A stretch of 64,000 bases of DNA from Squalus acanthias (taxonomy: Eukaryota): assembly GCA_030390025.1 (NCBI GenBank), contig CM059432.1, positions 153,762,001-153,826,000 of the forward strand, in the 5' to 3' direction. The notes beneath the pieces were generated by a model. It searched no databases. It saw only the letters and a program-made list of their open reading frames with translations, and was not told the origin of the DNA. The first letter of the stretch is position 1. Every line of letters starts with the position of its first letter. Shown piece by piece: positions 11,684 through 22,715 of the stretch. Made by a program: the position numbers and the translations under genes.

Positions 11684-13051
11684 TTACATGTAGCGTGACA
11701 TGAACCCAAGATCCCGGTTGAGACCGTCCTCATGGGTGCGGAACTTGGCTATCAGTTTCTGCTCGACGATTTTGCGTTGTCGTGTGTCTTGAAGGCCGCC
11801 TTGGAGAACGCTTACCCGAAGATCCGAGGCTGAATGTCCTTGACTGCTGAAGTGTTCCCCGACTGGGAGGGAACACTCCTGCCTGGCGATTGTTGCGCGG
11901 TGTCTGTTCATACGTTGTCGCAGTGTCTGCATGGTCTCGCCGATGTACCATGCTCCGGGGCATCCTTTCCTGCAACGTATGAGGTAGACAACGTTGGCCG
12001 AGTCACATGAGTATGTACCATGTATCTGCTGGGTGGTGTCCTCACGTGTGATGATGGTATCTGTGTTGATGATCTGGCATGTCTTGCAGAGGTTGCCGTG
12101 GCAGGGTTGTGTGGTGTCGTGGTCGCTGTTCTCCTGAAAGCTGGGTAATTTGCTGCGAACAATGGTACTTTTGAGGTTAGGCGGCTGTTTGAAGGCGAGT
12201 AGTGGAGGCGTGGGGATGGCCTTAGCGAGGTGTTCGTCGTCATCGATGACATGTTGAAGGCTGCGAAGAACATGGTGTCGTTTCTCCGCTCCGGGGAAGT
12301 ACTGGACGACGTAGGGTACTCTGTTGGTTGTGTCCCGTGTTCGCCTTCTGAGGAGGTCTATGCGATTTTTCACTGTGGCCCGTCGGAACTGTCGATCGAC
12401 GAGTCGAGCGTCATATCCCGTTCTTACGAGGGCGTCTTTCAGCGTCCGTAGGTGTCCATCGCGTTCCTCCTCGTCTGAGCAGATCCTGTGTATTCGCAGG
12501 GCTTGTCTATAGGTGATGGCTTCTTTAACGTGGTTAGGGTGGAAGCTGGAGAAGTGGAGCATCGTGAGGTTGTCCGTGGGCTTGCGGTAGAGTGAAGTGC
12601 TGAGGTGTCCGTCTTTGATGGAGATTCGTGTGTCCAAGAATGAAACCGATTCTGAGGAGTAGTCCATGGTGAGTTTGATGGTGGGATGGAACTTGTTGAT
12701 GTTATCGTGCAGTCTTTTCAGTGATCCTTCGCCGTGGGTCCAAAGGAAGAAAATGTCGTCGATGTATCTGGTGTACAGCGTTGGTTGGTGGTCCTGTGCA
12801 GGGAAGAAGTCTTGCTCGAACTTGTGCATGAAGATGTTGGCGTATTGGGGTGCGAATTTGGTCCCCATGGCTGTTCCGTGTGTTTGGGTAAAAAACTGGT
12901 TGTCGAAGGTGAAGACATTGTGGTCAAGGATGAAGCGGATGAGTTGTAGGATGGCGTCTGGAGATTGGCTGTTGTTGGTGTTGAGTACTGAGGCTGTCGC
13001 AGCGATGCCGTCATCGTGGGGGATACTGGTGTAGAGTGCCGATACGTCCAT
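11684..13051 (-). CDS. PLE RT and GIY-YIG endonuclease, C-terminal 455 aa (upstream part frameshifted and 5'-truncated)
   Basis: DVSALYTSIP, GTAMG, RYIDD; Cys-rich linker PCHGNLCKTC; VVYLIRC...WYIGET. Confidence 0.88.
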   Translation of the reverse strand: MDVSALYTSIPHDDGIAATASVLNTNNSQSPDAILQLIRFILDHNVFTFDNQFFTQTHGTAMGTKFAPQYANIFMHKFEQDFFPAQDHQPTLYTRYIDDIFFLWTHGEGSLKRLHDNINKFHPTIKLTMDYSSESVSFLDTRISIKDGHLSTSLYRKPTDNLTMLHFSSFHPNHVKEAITYRQALRIHRICSDEEERDGHLRTLKDALVRTGYDARLVDRQFRRATVKNRIDLLRRRTRDTTNRVPYVVQYFPGAEKRHHVLRSLQHVIDDDEHLAKAIPTPPLLAFKQPPNLKSTIVRSKLPSFQENSDHDTTQPCHGNLCKTCQIINTDTIITREDTTQQIHGTYSCDSANVVYLIRCRKGCPGAWYIGETMQTLRQRMNRHRATIARQECSLPVGEHFSSQGHSASDLRVSVLQGGLQDTRQRKIVEQKLIAKFRTHEDGLNRDLGFMSRYM

Positions 13052-14109
13052 CGTGGCGAGGAGTGTTCCTGGTTCAACTGGTCCATGGGTGCTGAGTTTC
13101 TGTAAGAAGTCTGTAGTGTCGCGACAGAAGCTGGGGGTTCCCTGTACGATGGGTTTCAGGATGCCCTCGACGTATCAGAGAGGTTCTCACACAGGGTTCC
13201 GTTGCCTGATACGATAGGACGTCCGGGTGTGTTGGCTTTGTGTATCTTTGGGAGGCAGTAGAAGTCTCCCACGCGGGGAGTACGTGGGATGAGAGCGCGT
13301 AGGATGCTTTGAAGGTCTTGATCAGTCTATTGAGTTGGCGGGTGTGTTCTTTGGTCGGATCTGCGGGTAACTGTCTGTAGTGTTCCTGGTTGTCCAGTTG
13401 TCGGTATGCTTCTTTGCAATAGTCCATTCTGTTCTGTATGACGATGGCTCCTCCTTTGTCCGCTGGTTTAATGACGATGTTGCGGTTGGTCTTGAGAGCG
13501 TGGATGGCGTTGCGTTGTGCTCGGGTGACATTCTGGACTGTCTTGTGATTGCGGCTGATGAATCTGGCGTTGATGCATCACCTGACAGCTTCAGCAGTCA
13601 AGGACATTCAGCCTCGGATCTTCGGGTAAGCGTTCTCCAAGGCAGCCTTCGAGACACACGACAACACAAAATCATCGAGCAGAAACTGATAGCCAAGTTC
13701 TGCACCCATGAGGACGGCCTCAACCGGGATCTTGGGTTCATGTCACGCTACATGTAACCCCACCTGACGTAGAGTCATCCAGACTCGAGTCGTCATTGGC
13801 TTGTTCACAGATGTGATTTCCAGTAAAAATAAGTAAAAAGTTTAAAGTTTTTGGTTTTCCATACAGACTGCAGCATCTGCCACATTAGACCCCCTGTGAC
13901 CCCACCTCATTGTCTTTGTTGTATTTTGCTATCGTCTTTGATGTAATGTCTTCCTGACTGACCTGGTTGGATTTGATTGCCGTAATTGTCTCTCTGCCGA
14001 GGTGTGATAAAAGGCAGTTAAAAAGATTAACTGTAGTCGTCTGGCATTGTTCTCTGCACAGGCTTTGTTCTCTGTCTATATATGCTGTGCCCATTTGTAT
14101 TTCTTCACT

Positions 14110-14146
14110 TCACCTGACGAAGGAGCAGCGCTCCGAAAGCTTGTGA
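14110..14146 (+). ncRNA. Minimal type I hammerhead ribozyme
   Basis: Exact reverse complement of 11309-11345. Confidence 0.8.
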
Positions 14147-15428
14147 TTTCAAATAAAGCTGTTGGACTATAACCTGGTGCTGTGCGACTTCTCACTTTTG
14201 TCCACCCCAGTCCAACACCGGCATCTCCGCATCACTACAAAATTGTGACAGTGGAGGGCTGTAGTAGCAAGATCTCACTATATCACTGATAGCACCACTA
14301 CAGGATGGTGTTTTCCTTAGAGAAACACAATGCTATTATAGGTAGTCATTTTCCTTTATCTAGCATCTACTACTGTGTAGCTTTGTAAACATTACAGTGC
14401 TCACTTGAAAATGTATTCAGATTTGGCACGACTGCAGTGTATCTGGATAGTGAAGATGTGGACAACCTACCTTGAAATGAAGGCACCTGCCGCATAGCTC
14501 AGGTGCAAGCCTAGGTTATGAATGGGGGAAACTCACAAGAGTTTTAGATACTGCAGCATTATGACAGTGCCCGTGTGATTCTCCCCTACCATACAAATGA
14601 AGAAACCTAACTCATAATGATAACAAGCTAGATAGATACATTTCAAAACTCTCTCAGATTGGGAGGGAGTTTGCTGCATGGATCAACATTTCAAAAAAAA
14701 TAAGATCTACAATGTAGAAAATAACATTGTTATTCATGCTCCATATCTCAGGAATCTGAATCAGTCATACCCACCAGAGAAATAGGATGGCCCTTTGGAC
14801 TTGGATGAGACACCCAATCTGACAATGATCTGCTGAATTGCTAACTTTTCTGCTGACGAATCCAATCAATCTTCTGTAATGCGGTGAACTTTGTTATGTC
14901 CCGTGGTTGCCTCTTAAGAATGGCCTAACAGGTTTGATTTCCACCAGACTACAGAAAAGTAGGATTTATTGGGCTAAAAATTCAGGGGTTTAGCGCAGGC
15001 CGTTAACGCCCGATTCGGGGTAAACAATGGCGGCCGCCGCATTTCCGACCGCTGCCGGCGGATCCCACAGTGTGTCCGCGCTCATGTAAATTATGGAGAT
15101 TATACAGATCGTGATGTCAGTGAGTGTGCAACGCTCACTTGACACCCGATCTGCGATTTTCAACTTCGCTGCTCCACTTACCGGCATGCCTTAACTGCGA
15201 CTAGCTGAGCAAGCGTTGACAAGCAGGAAGGAAACTCCAGCAGCGTTATTTAAAGGGATCATCATCAACAACTTGCAGCTAACATGATTTCTTCTGTGGA
15301 ACTTTCTGCAACTCCAGCAGCTTTATAAACTACTTTCAAGGTCCTACGGTAACAGGGAGTGCTGGGGCAAGTGGAGAATGCCTTCATTCTTATTTAAAGG
15401 CTTCTGCTCACAACATTTGCACACAGTC

Positions 15429-16531
15429 ATGAGGGCTCTACTGGCAGTCCCCCTCGCGCTCGAGTATCTTAGGGAGAGGGAGTGGAGGCAGCGAAGAAGA
15501 TGTGCACAGAAGGAGGAGGAGGAGGGCCAGGAGGGCTCTCAACAGGAGGCCTTACCCAACTTGGGTCTTCAGAGAGCACTTCGCTTATATCCACTTAAGC
15601 AAGGAGCAGTGTATTCGGAGGCTCCACTTCACCAAGGAGGTGGTCACAGAACCCTGCCACCTCCTGTAACTAGACCTGCAGCCTGAGAGCAGGGCGAACA
15701 CGGCTCTCCCAGTGGCCCTCAATTTTTTCGCCAGCAAATCCGTCCAGTCTGCAGCAGGAGACATAGCTAACATCTCCCAGTTCGTCATCCATCGCTGCAT
15801 CCGGGAGGTCACTGAGGCTCTCTACACCAGGAGAAGGGATTACATTTTCTTCTCTCTGAACAGAGAGTAGCAGGATGAGTGTGCATGTGGCCTTGCCAGG
15901 ATAGCAGTCTTCCCCATGGTGCATGGCACCATCAACTGCACCCACATGGCTTTGCGGGCGCCGCATAACAATCCTGAGATCTTCCGTAACCACAGAGGCT
16001 ACCACTCACTTAATGTGTAGTGGTGTGTGACCATGTCCAGCGATTCCTGATGGTCAATGCCTGCTATCCTGGCAGCAGTCATGGTGCCTTCATTCTGTGT
16101 CAGTCTGGTGTGCCAGCAATCTTCCAGCCACCACGTCAAACTGCAAGGCTGCTCAGAGACAAGGACTATCCGCTCTGCACCTGGCTCATGACTCCCCTCC
16201 GCAACCCCACCACTTGTGCCCAGCACTCATATAATAAGAGCCATGCTGCCACCAGGAACATCATCGAGCAGACCATTGGGCTGCTGAAGCAACGGTTCTG
16301 CTGCCTTGACCACTTGGGAGGAGCCCTTCAATACTTGGTGGATCGGGTGTCCCATTTTGTGGTGGTCTGCTGCATGCTTCACAACTTGGCCATCATGAGG
16401 GCACAGCCCTTGCCAGTAGGGATTTAGGCACCACCTCAGGAGGAGGAAGAGGAGGAAGGGAGGAGGCAGGCAGCAAATCCCCCTTCGGCACGGCTGTCCG
16501 TGAACGCCTCTTCATACTTCGATTCCAGTGA
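15429..16531 (+). pseudogene. Harbinger DDE transposase pseudogene
   Basis: Frameshifted homologue of 21215-22375; GTINCTH (catalytic D replaced by N), RNIIEQTIGLLKQRF, CCMLHN. Confidence 0.88.
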
Positions 16532-17163
16532 ATGAAACGTCAAATCCCCGTTGCTCACCACATCCTCATCCCCATCATACCAACCCTCTGTCACAGAATA
16601 TCACAGCGTCCTCCTGGGCACAAAGCTGAAATCATAGCTACCACAAAACAAAGATTCCAAACAAAATTATTAAATTTATCAAGAATCAATTCACACATAC
16701 TATATCAACTAATCACCCTTGTGCAATCCCTTAGTGCCTCTTGTTCATGTGCCCTTTCCTGCTCTAGTGCTGCTACAAAGTGCTCCCCCAGTGGTTGCCG
16801 CATGGCTGGTGGAAGGCTGCTGAGTGTCCATGGAGGAGACTTCAGATGGTCTTGCAGGATGACCTTGAGCAGCTCTGGACCGAGAAGGCCCAGCTGTAGA
16901 CTGCACCACCTTGGCATGGGCGGCAGCAGGCAAGGACAATGATGGATTGGCAGTGGTGGGAACAGGAATGCTGTTATCCTGAGAGAGGACAGCAGGGTCC
17001 TGCTCTGCTGACCCACTGCCACTACCCGGGGCAGCGCTTCAGCATTCCTAGCAATCTGTTGGGAGAACAGATTGCTGGCCTGCTGCAAGCCCCGTTCGAC
17101 AGTGGCAGCAGTCTGAGCTTGGGTGGCAGCAATCTGAGACTGCATGAGTTCCGCTGGAGCACT

Positions 17164-17451
17164 AAAACGTTGGGTCGTTTCCGCCTGTGCTGCAATGGCA
17201 GCCACGACATCGCCCATTACACGCAGCATCATGTCTGGGTCGACATGGTCTCTCCTGGAGCTTTCCATCATTTCCAGCCTGGAAATCATGAGCTCCAAGC
17301 TCTGCACAAAACGTTGGGTCGTTTCCGCCTGTGCTGCAATGGCAGCCACGACATCGCCCATCACACGCAGCATCATGTCTGGGTCGACATGGTCTCTCCT
17401 GGAGCTTTCCATCATTTCCAGCCTGGAAATCATGAGCTCCAAGCTCTGCAC
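17164..17451. repeat. 144-bp direct tandem duplication (in frame, 48 aa)
   Basis: Units start at 17164 and 17308; one mismatch seen. Confidence 0.92.
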
Positions 17452-18900
17452 AAAGCCCCAGCCAATGTTGGAGGCGGACTCCTCCATGCTCCTTGACATT
17501 GCCAAGAGACTCTGAAGAGGAACAGCCAATGTTGGACTCCTGGTCCAAAGACGGACAGCCTTACTCCATAATGCTGGAATCCACCTCATTACTTCTACCA
17601 AGGACATGTTAGTACTGAGACTGAAGCCAAGTCTGCATTGATTGCAACTAGTACTAAGTGCTGTCTCAGAGGACAGTTCATCACTAGTTCCAGGATGTAG
17701 CATCCCATCAACTTTCTGTCAATGTTACTCAGAATGAAGAGTTTCCCAGGAGTGTTAATAATTAAGTCCTGTAACCAGACACGACTGAGTGAGCGCTACT
17801 CTTACCAGTGCTGATCTAACTAATGCCATGGATATTCCGGAGATATGCCAGTCTTAAGATGGTGAGCTGGTGCAGAATTAAGTTCAGTAAATGTTCTCAG
17901 ATTTTCCTCAATAACTGCAGAGATGTCTATGTGGCACAATTGAGAATTTGAAAAATAGGAATATTTATACTTAAGAAAAGGTTGAGAGATATCTTACTGA
18001 AGTATTTAAAATCCTACATAGACAAATTGAACCCCAATAACATGTTTGATACAGTCACAAACTGTACAACAAAGAGGCAGTGAAGGGGATCTAAAGAGGG
18101 ATTTGAAGAGTAAGTCCATTGAGGGGTATAAGCGACACAATGCTATATATTGGCCCAAAGTTTGCGATTGGAGGCTTCCCGCAGGCGGACACCTCCCGAC
18201 CTGTAAAAAATCTACGCATTTACCTGGTGGCCCGGGAGGTATGGAGGCTTGCGATCCTGGGCCTCTCCGGGTACACGCGGCTCACGTGTCCCAGGGCGCA
18301 TGCGGTTTGCAAGCGCCCCTGGGATCACGTGGGCCAGCCCAACCAATAAAAGAAGGGAATCCCTATTCATACTTATGGGAGTTGCGTACGTACAGAACTC
18401 CCATAAGTATGAGTGGGGATCACTTAAAAAATACATGAACACATGAAATACATTTTTTATTACATATTTTAAATTAATTAAAATGCCATTTAATTAAATA
18501 TTTTAAATGAAAAATTAATTTTTTGAAAAAAAAATCTATGGGGTAGAAATTAGGTCGCGCCCCATTTGGGGCGCAAATATCGTCCGCGCGCAAATATTAG
18601 CGCCTGGCGCTAATTATCGGCACTGACAGGAAACTTCACTTTTACCGCCCCGGGAGGTGAGTGGAGCGCTAAATTAGGCGCTGCACACCTCTCTTAAGGC
18701 GCAAAGGCCTAGGAGTGAGGCGCTACCTCAGCGCACGAGCGCAGCGCAGCTGCTGCCAGTTAGCGAGGGAACACAGACACACTGGCGCCGGACACTTCTT
18801 AAAGCGGGGGGGGGGGGCCACTTGCTCCCCAGCCACACCCTGCTCATTGCAGCCTTGAATCTCAGCCTGGAGAGACCTGTAATCCATTTTGCTGCCAAGC

Positions 18901-19137
18901 ATGGAGAGGGTGAGAGAACGCGCTCATCGCTTCACCGAGCGGGCCTTGGATGCTCTGGTTGACGCAGTGGAGCGCAGACGATGCATGCTGTTCCCGGAGA
19001 GTGGCAGGAGGCCTTTGCCACACGAGTTCAGAAGAGTGTGGAGGGAGGTGGCTCAGAGCGTCTCCTCCAGGAGCATGGTGCCCAGGACCCATGTTCAGTG
19101 CCGCAAAAAGTTCAACGACCTCACTCGGGTCGTCAGG
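18901..19137 (+). CDS. Harbinger Myb/SANT-like DNA-binding protein, exon 1
   Basis: MERVRERAHRFTERALDALVDAV...W.EVA..V...RTHVQCRKKFNDL; donor AGG|GTGAGT, phase 0. Confidence 0.85.
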
Positions 19138-19285
19138 GTGAGTGGCTTTTTCTCAATACCTCTCCATCCCTCCATCTCAACCTCACTCTATGGCCAGAGG
19201 GTCTTAAAACCCCAATGCACAACACTCATCCAACACCTATGGCCCTTTCATCAAACACACACACACATTCCACACTTTGCATACA

Positions 19286-19501
19286 GTAAGGGCTATTCAC
19301 CTATGGGAGGCACATCAGGCAAGACCATGGCTGCATATTGTAAGGGCTATTCACCTATGGGAGGCACATCAGGCAAGACCATGGCTGCATATTGTAAGGG
19401 CTATTCACCTATGGGAGGCACATCAGGCAAGACCATGGCTGCATATTGTAAGGGCTATTCACCTATGGGAGGCACATCAGGCAAGACCATGGCTGTATAT
19501 T
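19286..19501. repeat. 54-bp minisatellite, 4 copies, in intron 1 of the Myb gene
   Basis: GTAAGGGCTATTCACCTATGGGAGGCACATCAGGCAAGACCATGGCTGCATATT at 19286, 19340, 19394 and 19448. Confidence 0.95.
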
Positions 19502-19529
19502 GACTCAGATGCTGTCCTTTTTCTTGCAG

Positions 19530-19692
19530 GCTAAGCTGGCTCATAATCGGAGACAGCAGCAACGGACGGGTGGAGGGCGGCTTCAGCTGCAACCCCTCAG
19601 CGATCTGGAGGAGCGCGTCCACAGGATTGTGGCAAGCCGGGTGATCGGTCCCGTCGCCACTGGAGACGCCGACCCCGTTGTGGACAGCAATG
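19530..19692 (+). CDS. Harbinger Myb-like protein, exon 2
   Basis: ttcttgcAG|GCT AAG (AKLAHNRRQQQRTGGG...LSDLEE); donor G|GTAAGG, phase 1. Confidence 0.8.
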
Positions 19693-19851
19693 GTAAGGTC
19701 ATCACCTTTTTGTCCTCTGTCCTTCCACTTGTCCCTCACAATACCAGCCTTTGACACTTTCAATCCAACTTGCTAACTCGCTGCACTTATTCCTCCCTTA
19801 CTGCCACCCTGTCCTCACGCTAAAGCCACTCTTGTACCTCCCTGCTTTCAG

Positions 19852-20920
19852 ATGGTGATTCACCAGCTGAGGAGATGGTCCCTGAAGCTGCCACTGGGAG
19901 TGATGCTGCAGCTGAGGAGGAAGAGGAAGCCGGAGCATCAGTGCCACCCTCTCCCGAGGAAGCCCATGGCCACACTGGGAACACGCCTTCCCCGGAGGGG
20001 AGCAGGGGGGAAGGGGCTGATGATGGTGAAGTTCCAGGACCCAGCGGGCTGCAGCAACGCCATGGGGGGGGGGAGGGAAGAACGGGGGAGCAGGGGGGAA
20101 GGGGCTGATGATGGTGAAGTTCCAGGACCCAGCGGGCTGCAGCAACGCCATTGGGGGGGGGAGGGAAGAACGGGAGCCTTCTCCCCAGAGGGAGAGTATG
20201 CCAGACACTCCTAATGCAATGGACGCAGAGGAGGAGCGGATGATTGCAGAAATGAACAGCCAGGCGGTGGTCATGCACACTGAGCTCATGGGTGCAGTGG
20301 GAAGGGTGCCCGAATGCATTGAGGCACTGGCAAGGAGTGTGGAGCACTTCGCTGTAGCACAGGCGGATGCCACACTAAAGCTTACTGCTGCAATTCAGTC
20401 ACTGGCTGCCAGGAACCCATCTGAGCCTGCTCTCATGCAGACTCAGATTGAGGCCACGCGAGCACTGACTGCTGCCATCCTCGATGGTTCGTGCACATGT
20501 CCCCGGGGCTGTCACCGCGCCGCAGCAGGCCAGCAATCTGTTCTCAGGCAAATTGCTCCGGATGCTGAAGTGCTGCCCCGTGGGAGTGCCAGTGTGTCGG
20601 GCGAGCAGGGAGTTGCTGTCCTCTCTCACGATGACAGCATTCCTGCTGCCAACACTGTCACTTCTCCACTGCACTTGCCACCGCCTGTAGGACAGACTGC
20701 TGCCGCCCATGCAGAGTTGGTGCAGTCTGCAGCCGGGCCCTCCAGGCCCAGAAGTGGTCGAGGCCGGCCTTCAGGGGCATCTGCAGTGTCAGGGTCTGAC
20801 AAGCAGCAGCCTTCCACCAGCCTTGCTGCAGCCACTGAGGTCCCATTACGGAGGAGCAGTAGGGTTAGAAGGGGGGAAGTGCGCAAGGGAAGGAGATCAC
20901 CCTCGAAGGGCAAAAAGTAG
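19852..20920 (+). CDS. Harbinger Myb-like protein, exon 3 (frame disrupted at an 88-bp duplication with G-runs)
   Basis: ctttcAG|AT GGT gives acidic DGDSPAEEMVPE...; stop at 20106-20108 as assembled; C-terminal ORF 20108-20920 in another frame. Confidence 0.65.
19997..20176. repeat. 88-bp tandem duplication
   Basis: GGGGAGCAGGGGGGAAGGGGCTGATGATGG... starts at 19997 and 20085. Confidence 0.9.
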
Positions 20921-21214
20921 GAGGTGTGCCAAAATGCTGGTCATTTTTTTATTAAAGGCCGAGGTTCATGGCCCAACTTTTGTTTAGTGTTTTGGACATT
21001 ATCTCCAGGTTGTGAGAACCAGTTATATTATTGACTGTTTTTTTGTGTTTATTTCTATGAGTTTGTCATGAGGAATTGACACACACAGAGTTTGTACAAT
21101 AAATAAGTTTCTGTATTCAAAATATACATGGCTGGTGGTTGGAATTATTGGTGCCTTGGCCGGCTTAGGGGTTGCGTGCTGGGTTGATTCGTGTTTGTAG
21201 CACTGGCAGGGGCC

Positions 21215-22375
21215 CTAGAAGCGGCTTGCTATTAGTCGTTGACGGACGGCCCTTGCAGTTTGACCATTGTGGGCCGCCCTCCTGCCTTGGTGCTGCTGCT
21301 GATCATCGTCCTCGGCCTGTTCCTCCTCTTCCTCCTCCTCCTCTTGTGGTGCTGCAAGGCCTGGTGGCATTGGCTGCGTCCTGAGGATTGCCATGTTGTG
21401 CAACATGCAGCACACCACTACGAATTTGGAAACTTGCTCAGGCGAGTACTGCAGGGCTCCTCCGGAATGGTCCAGACAGCGGAATCGTTGTTTGAGCACG
21501 CCGATTGTGCGCTCAATAATGTTCCTCGTTGCTTGTTGGCTTTCCTGGTACCGCAGCTCAGCAGGGGTGTTTGGCGCACGGAGCGGTGTCATCAGCCAGG
21601 TGCTCAATGCGTACCCCTTGTCCCCCAGAAGCCAACCGACTGGCTGATGCGGTGCCTCGAAAATTTCTGCCACAGTACTCTGGCGCAGGATGAAAGCATC
21701 GTGGCAGCTGCCCGGATAGTGGGCATTGACAGCGAGAATCACCTGTCTGTGGTCACAGACCAACTGCACATTCAAGGAATGGAACCCCTTTCTGTTCCGG
21801 AACTCCTCTGCATTCTCTCGCGGAGCACGCAAAGCCACATGCGTGCAGTCAATGGCGCCCTGCACCATGGGGAAGCCCGCTACCCTCGCAAAGCCCATAG
21901 CACGGTCATGCTGCTTGTCTGGGGTCATAGGGAAGGAGATGAAGTCTCGTCTCCTTGTGAAGAGGGCATTGGTGACCTGCCGGATGCAGCGATGCACCGC
22001 AAACTGGGAGATATTGGCGAGGTCCCCAACAGCAGCTTGGAATGAGCCAGTGGCGTAGAAGTTCAAGGCCACTGTGACCTTCACTGCCACCGACAGAGAC
22101 GTCCTGGACCTCAGCTGAGGCTGCAGATCTGGCTGCAGCAGGTGGCAGAGCTCAGTGACCACCTCCTTGCTGAATCGCAGCCTTCGCAAACACAGCTCCT
22201 CGGACATGTGGATGTAGGAGAGCTGTTCACGATATACCCTGGGAGGGTAAGCTCTCCTGTACATGCGCCTGATGGGCCTCCTCCGTCTGGCCATCATTGC
22301 CACTCTCTGTCTGCGTCTCACTCTGCTCCGATTGAGCTGGAGCAGGACGACGCCCCCAATCATTGCAGCCCCCAT
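21215..22375 (-). CDS. Intact PIF/Harbinger (HARBI1-like) DDE transposase, 386 aa
   Basis: Uninterrupted ATG-to-stop ORF; HTH region, GAIDCTH, NRKGFHSLNVQLVCD, GDKGY, IIERTIG, CCMLHN. Confidence 0.95.
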   Translation of the reverse strand: MGAAMIGGVVLLQLNRSRVRRRQRVAMMARRRRPIRRMYRRAYPPRVYREQLSYIHMSEELCLRRLRFSKEVVTELCHLLQPDLQPQLRSRTSLSVAVKVTVALNFYATGSFQAAVGDLANISQFAVHRCIRQVTNALFTRRRDFISFPMTPDKQHDRAMGFARVAGFPMVQGAIDCTHVALRAPRENAEEFRNRKGFHSLNVQLVCDHRQVILAVNAHYPGSCHDAFILRQSTVAEIFEAPHQPVGWLLGDKGYALSTWLMTPLRAPNTPAELRYQESQQATRNIIERTIGVLKQRFRCLDHSGGALQYSPEQVSKFVVVCCMLHNMAILRTQPMPPGLAAPQEEEEEEEEQAEDDDQQQHQGRRAAHNGQTARAVRQRLIASRF

Positions 22376-22570
22376 CTTCTCTTTGCCAGAAAAGTAATGA
22401 GGTACAGCAACGAAAGTAGCAGCAAAGTTAGGATGAACTAGGCAAAACTACCTCACAAAGCGTTGAGTCAATGTAGAAGTCTCTCTCTCTCTCTCTCCGA
22501 ATCTCTCTCTCTCTCTCAGAACGAGTGGTGCATAAATGTCGACCACAGAAAAAGACAGGAAGAGGCCCCC

Positions 22571-22715
22571 TTTAAATAGCGCCCCCCCCAGCCCCAGACC
22601 GATTGATAACGTTCCAGTCTTCCGGTCGTTGGAAGCGCCAGGCGGTAAGGCAGGGGGCGCCACTCAATTTCCGCTCCGGGGCGCCCCAAGGGCGTTGCAC
22701 CACGGACTGACGTCA
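22571..22715 (-). promoter_or_regulatory. Putative transposase promoter (TATA plus CRE)
   Basis: TATTTAAA on minus strand at 22571-22578 and TGACGTCA at 22708-22715; both retained in the derivative MITEs. Confidence 0.45.

Larger units (their letters stand above)
11264..14234 (-). mobile_element. Penelope-like element (Neptune-type), fold-back structure
   Basis: Long minus arm (RT plus GIY-YIG) and inverted plus arm 13589-14234; TSD CTACAAAATTGTGA at 11250-11263 and 14235-14248. Confidence 0.93.
14971..17530 (+). mobile_element. Decayed PIF/Harbinger transposon (left TIR present, right end not found)
   Basis: att|GGGCTAAAAATTC end; transposase remnant on plus strand; partner-gene C-terminus on minus strand 16705-17530 (STAGPSR..QQPSTS motif shared with 20108-20920). 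Confidence 0.8.

Noticed and set aside
19286..19501. CRISPR-like appearance of the 54-bp repeats (also the monomers at 30943-31300)
   Set aside because: Head-to-tail repeats with no unique spacers, no cas genes, eukaryotic context
21239..22045. 268-aa plus-strand ORF
   Set aside because: Antisense shadow of the GC-rich transposase
21215..22375. Host HARBI1 gene
   Set aside because: Lies inside TIRs and a TSD with a convergent Myb gene, so it is a transposon ORF
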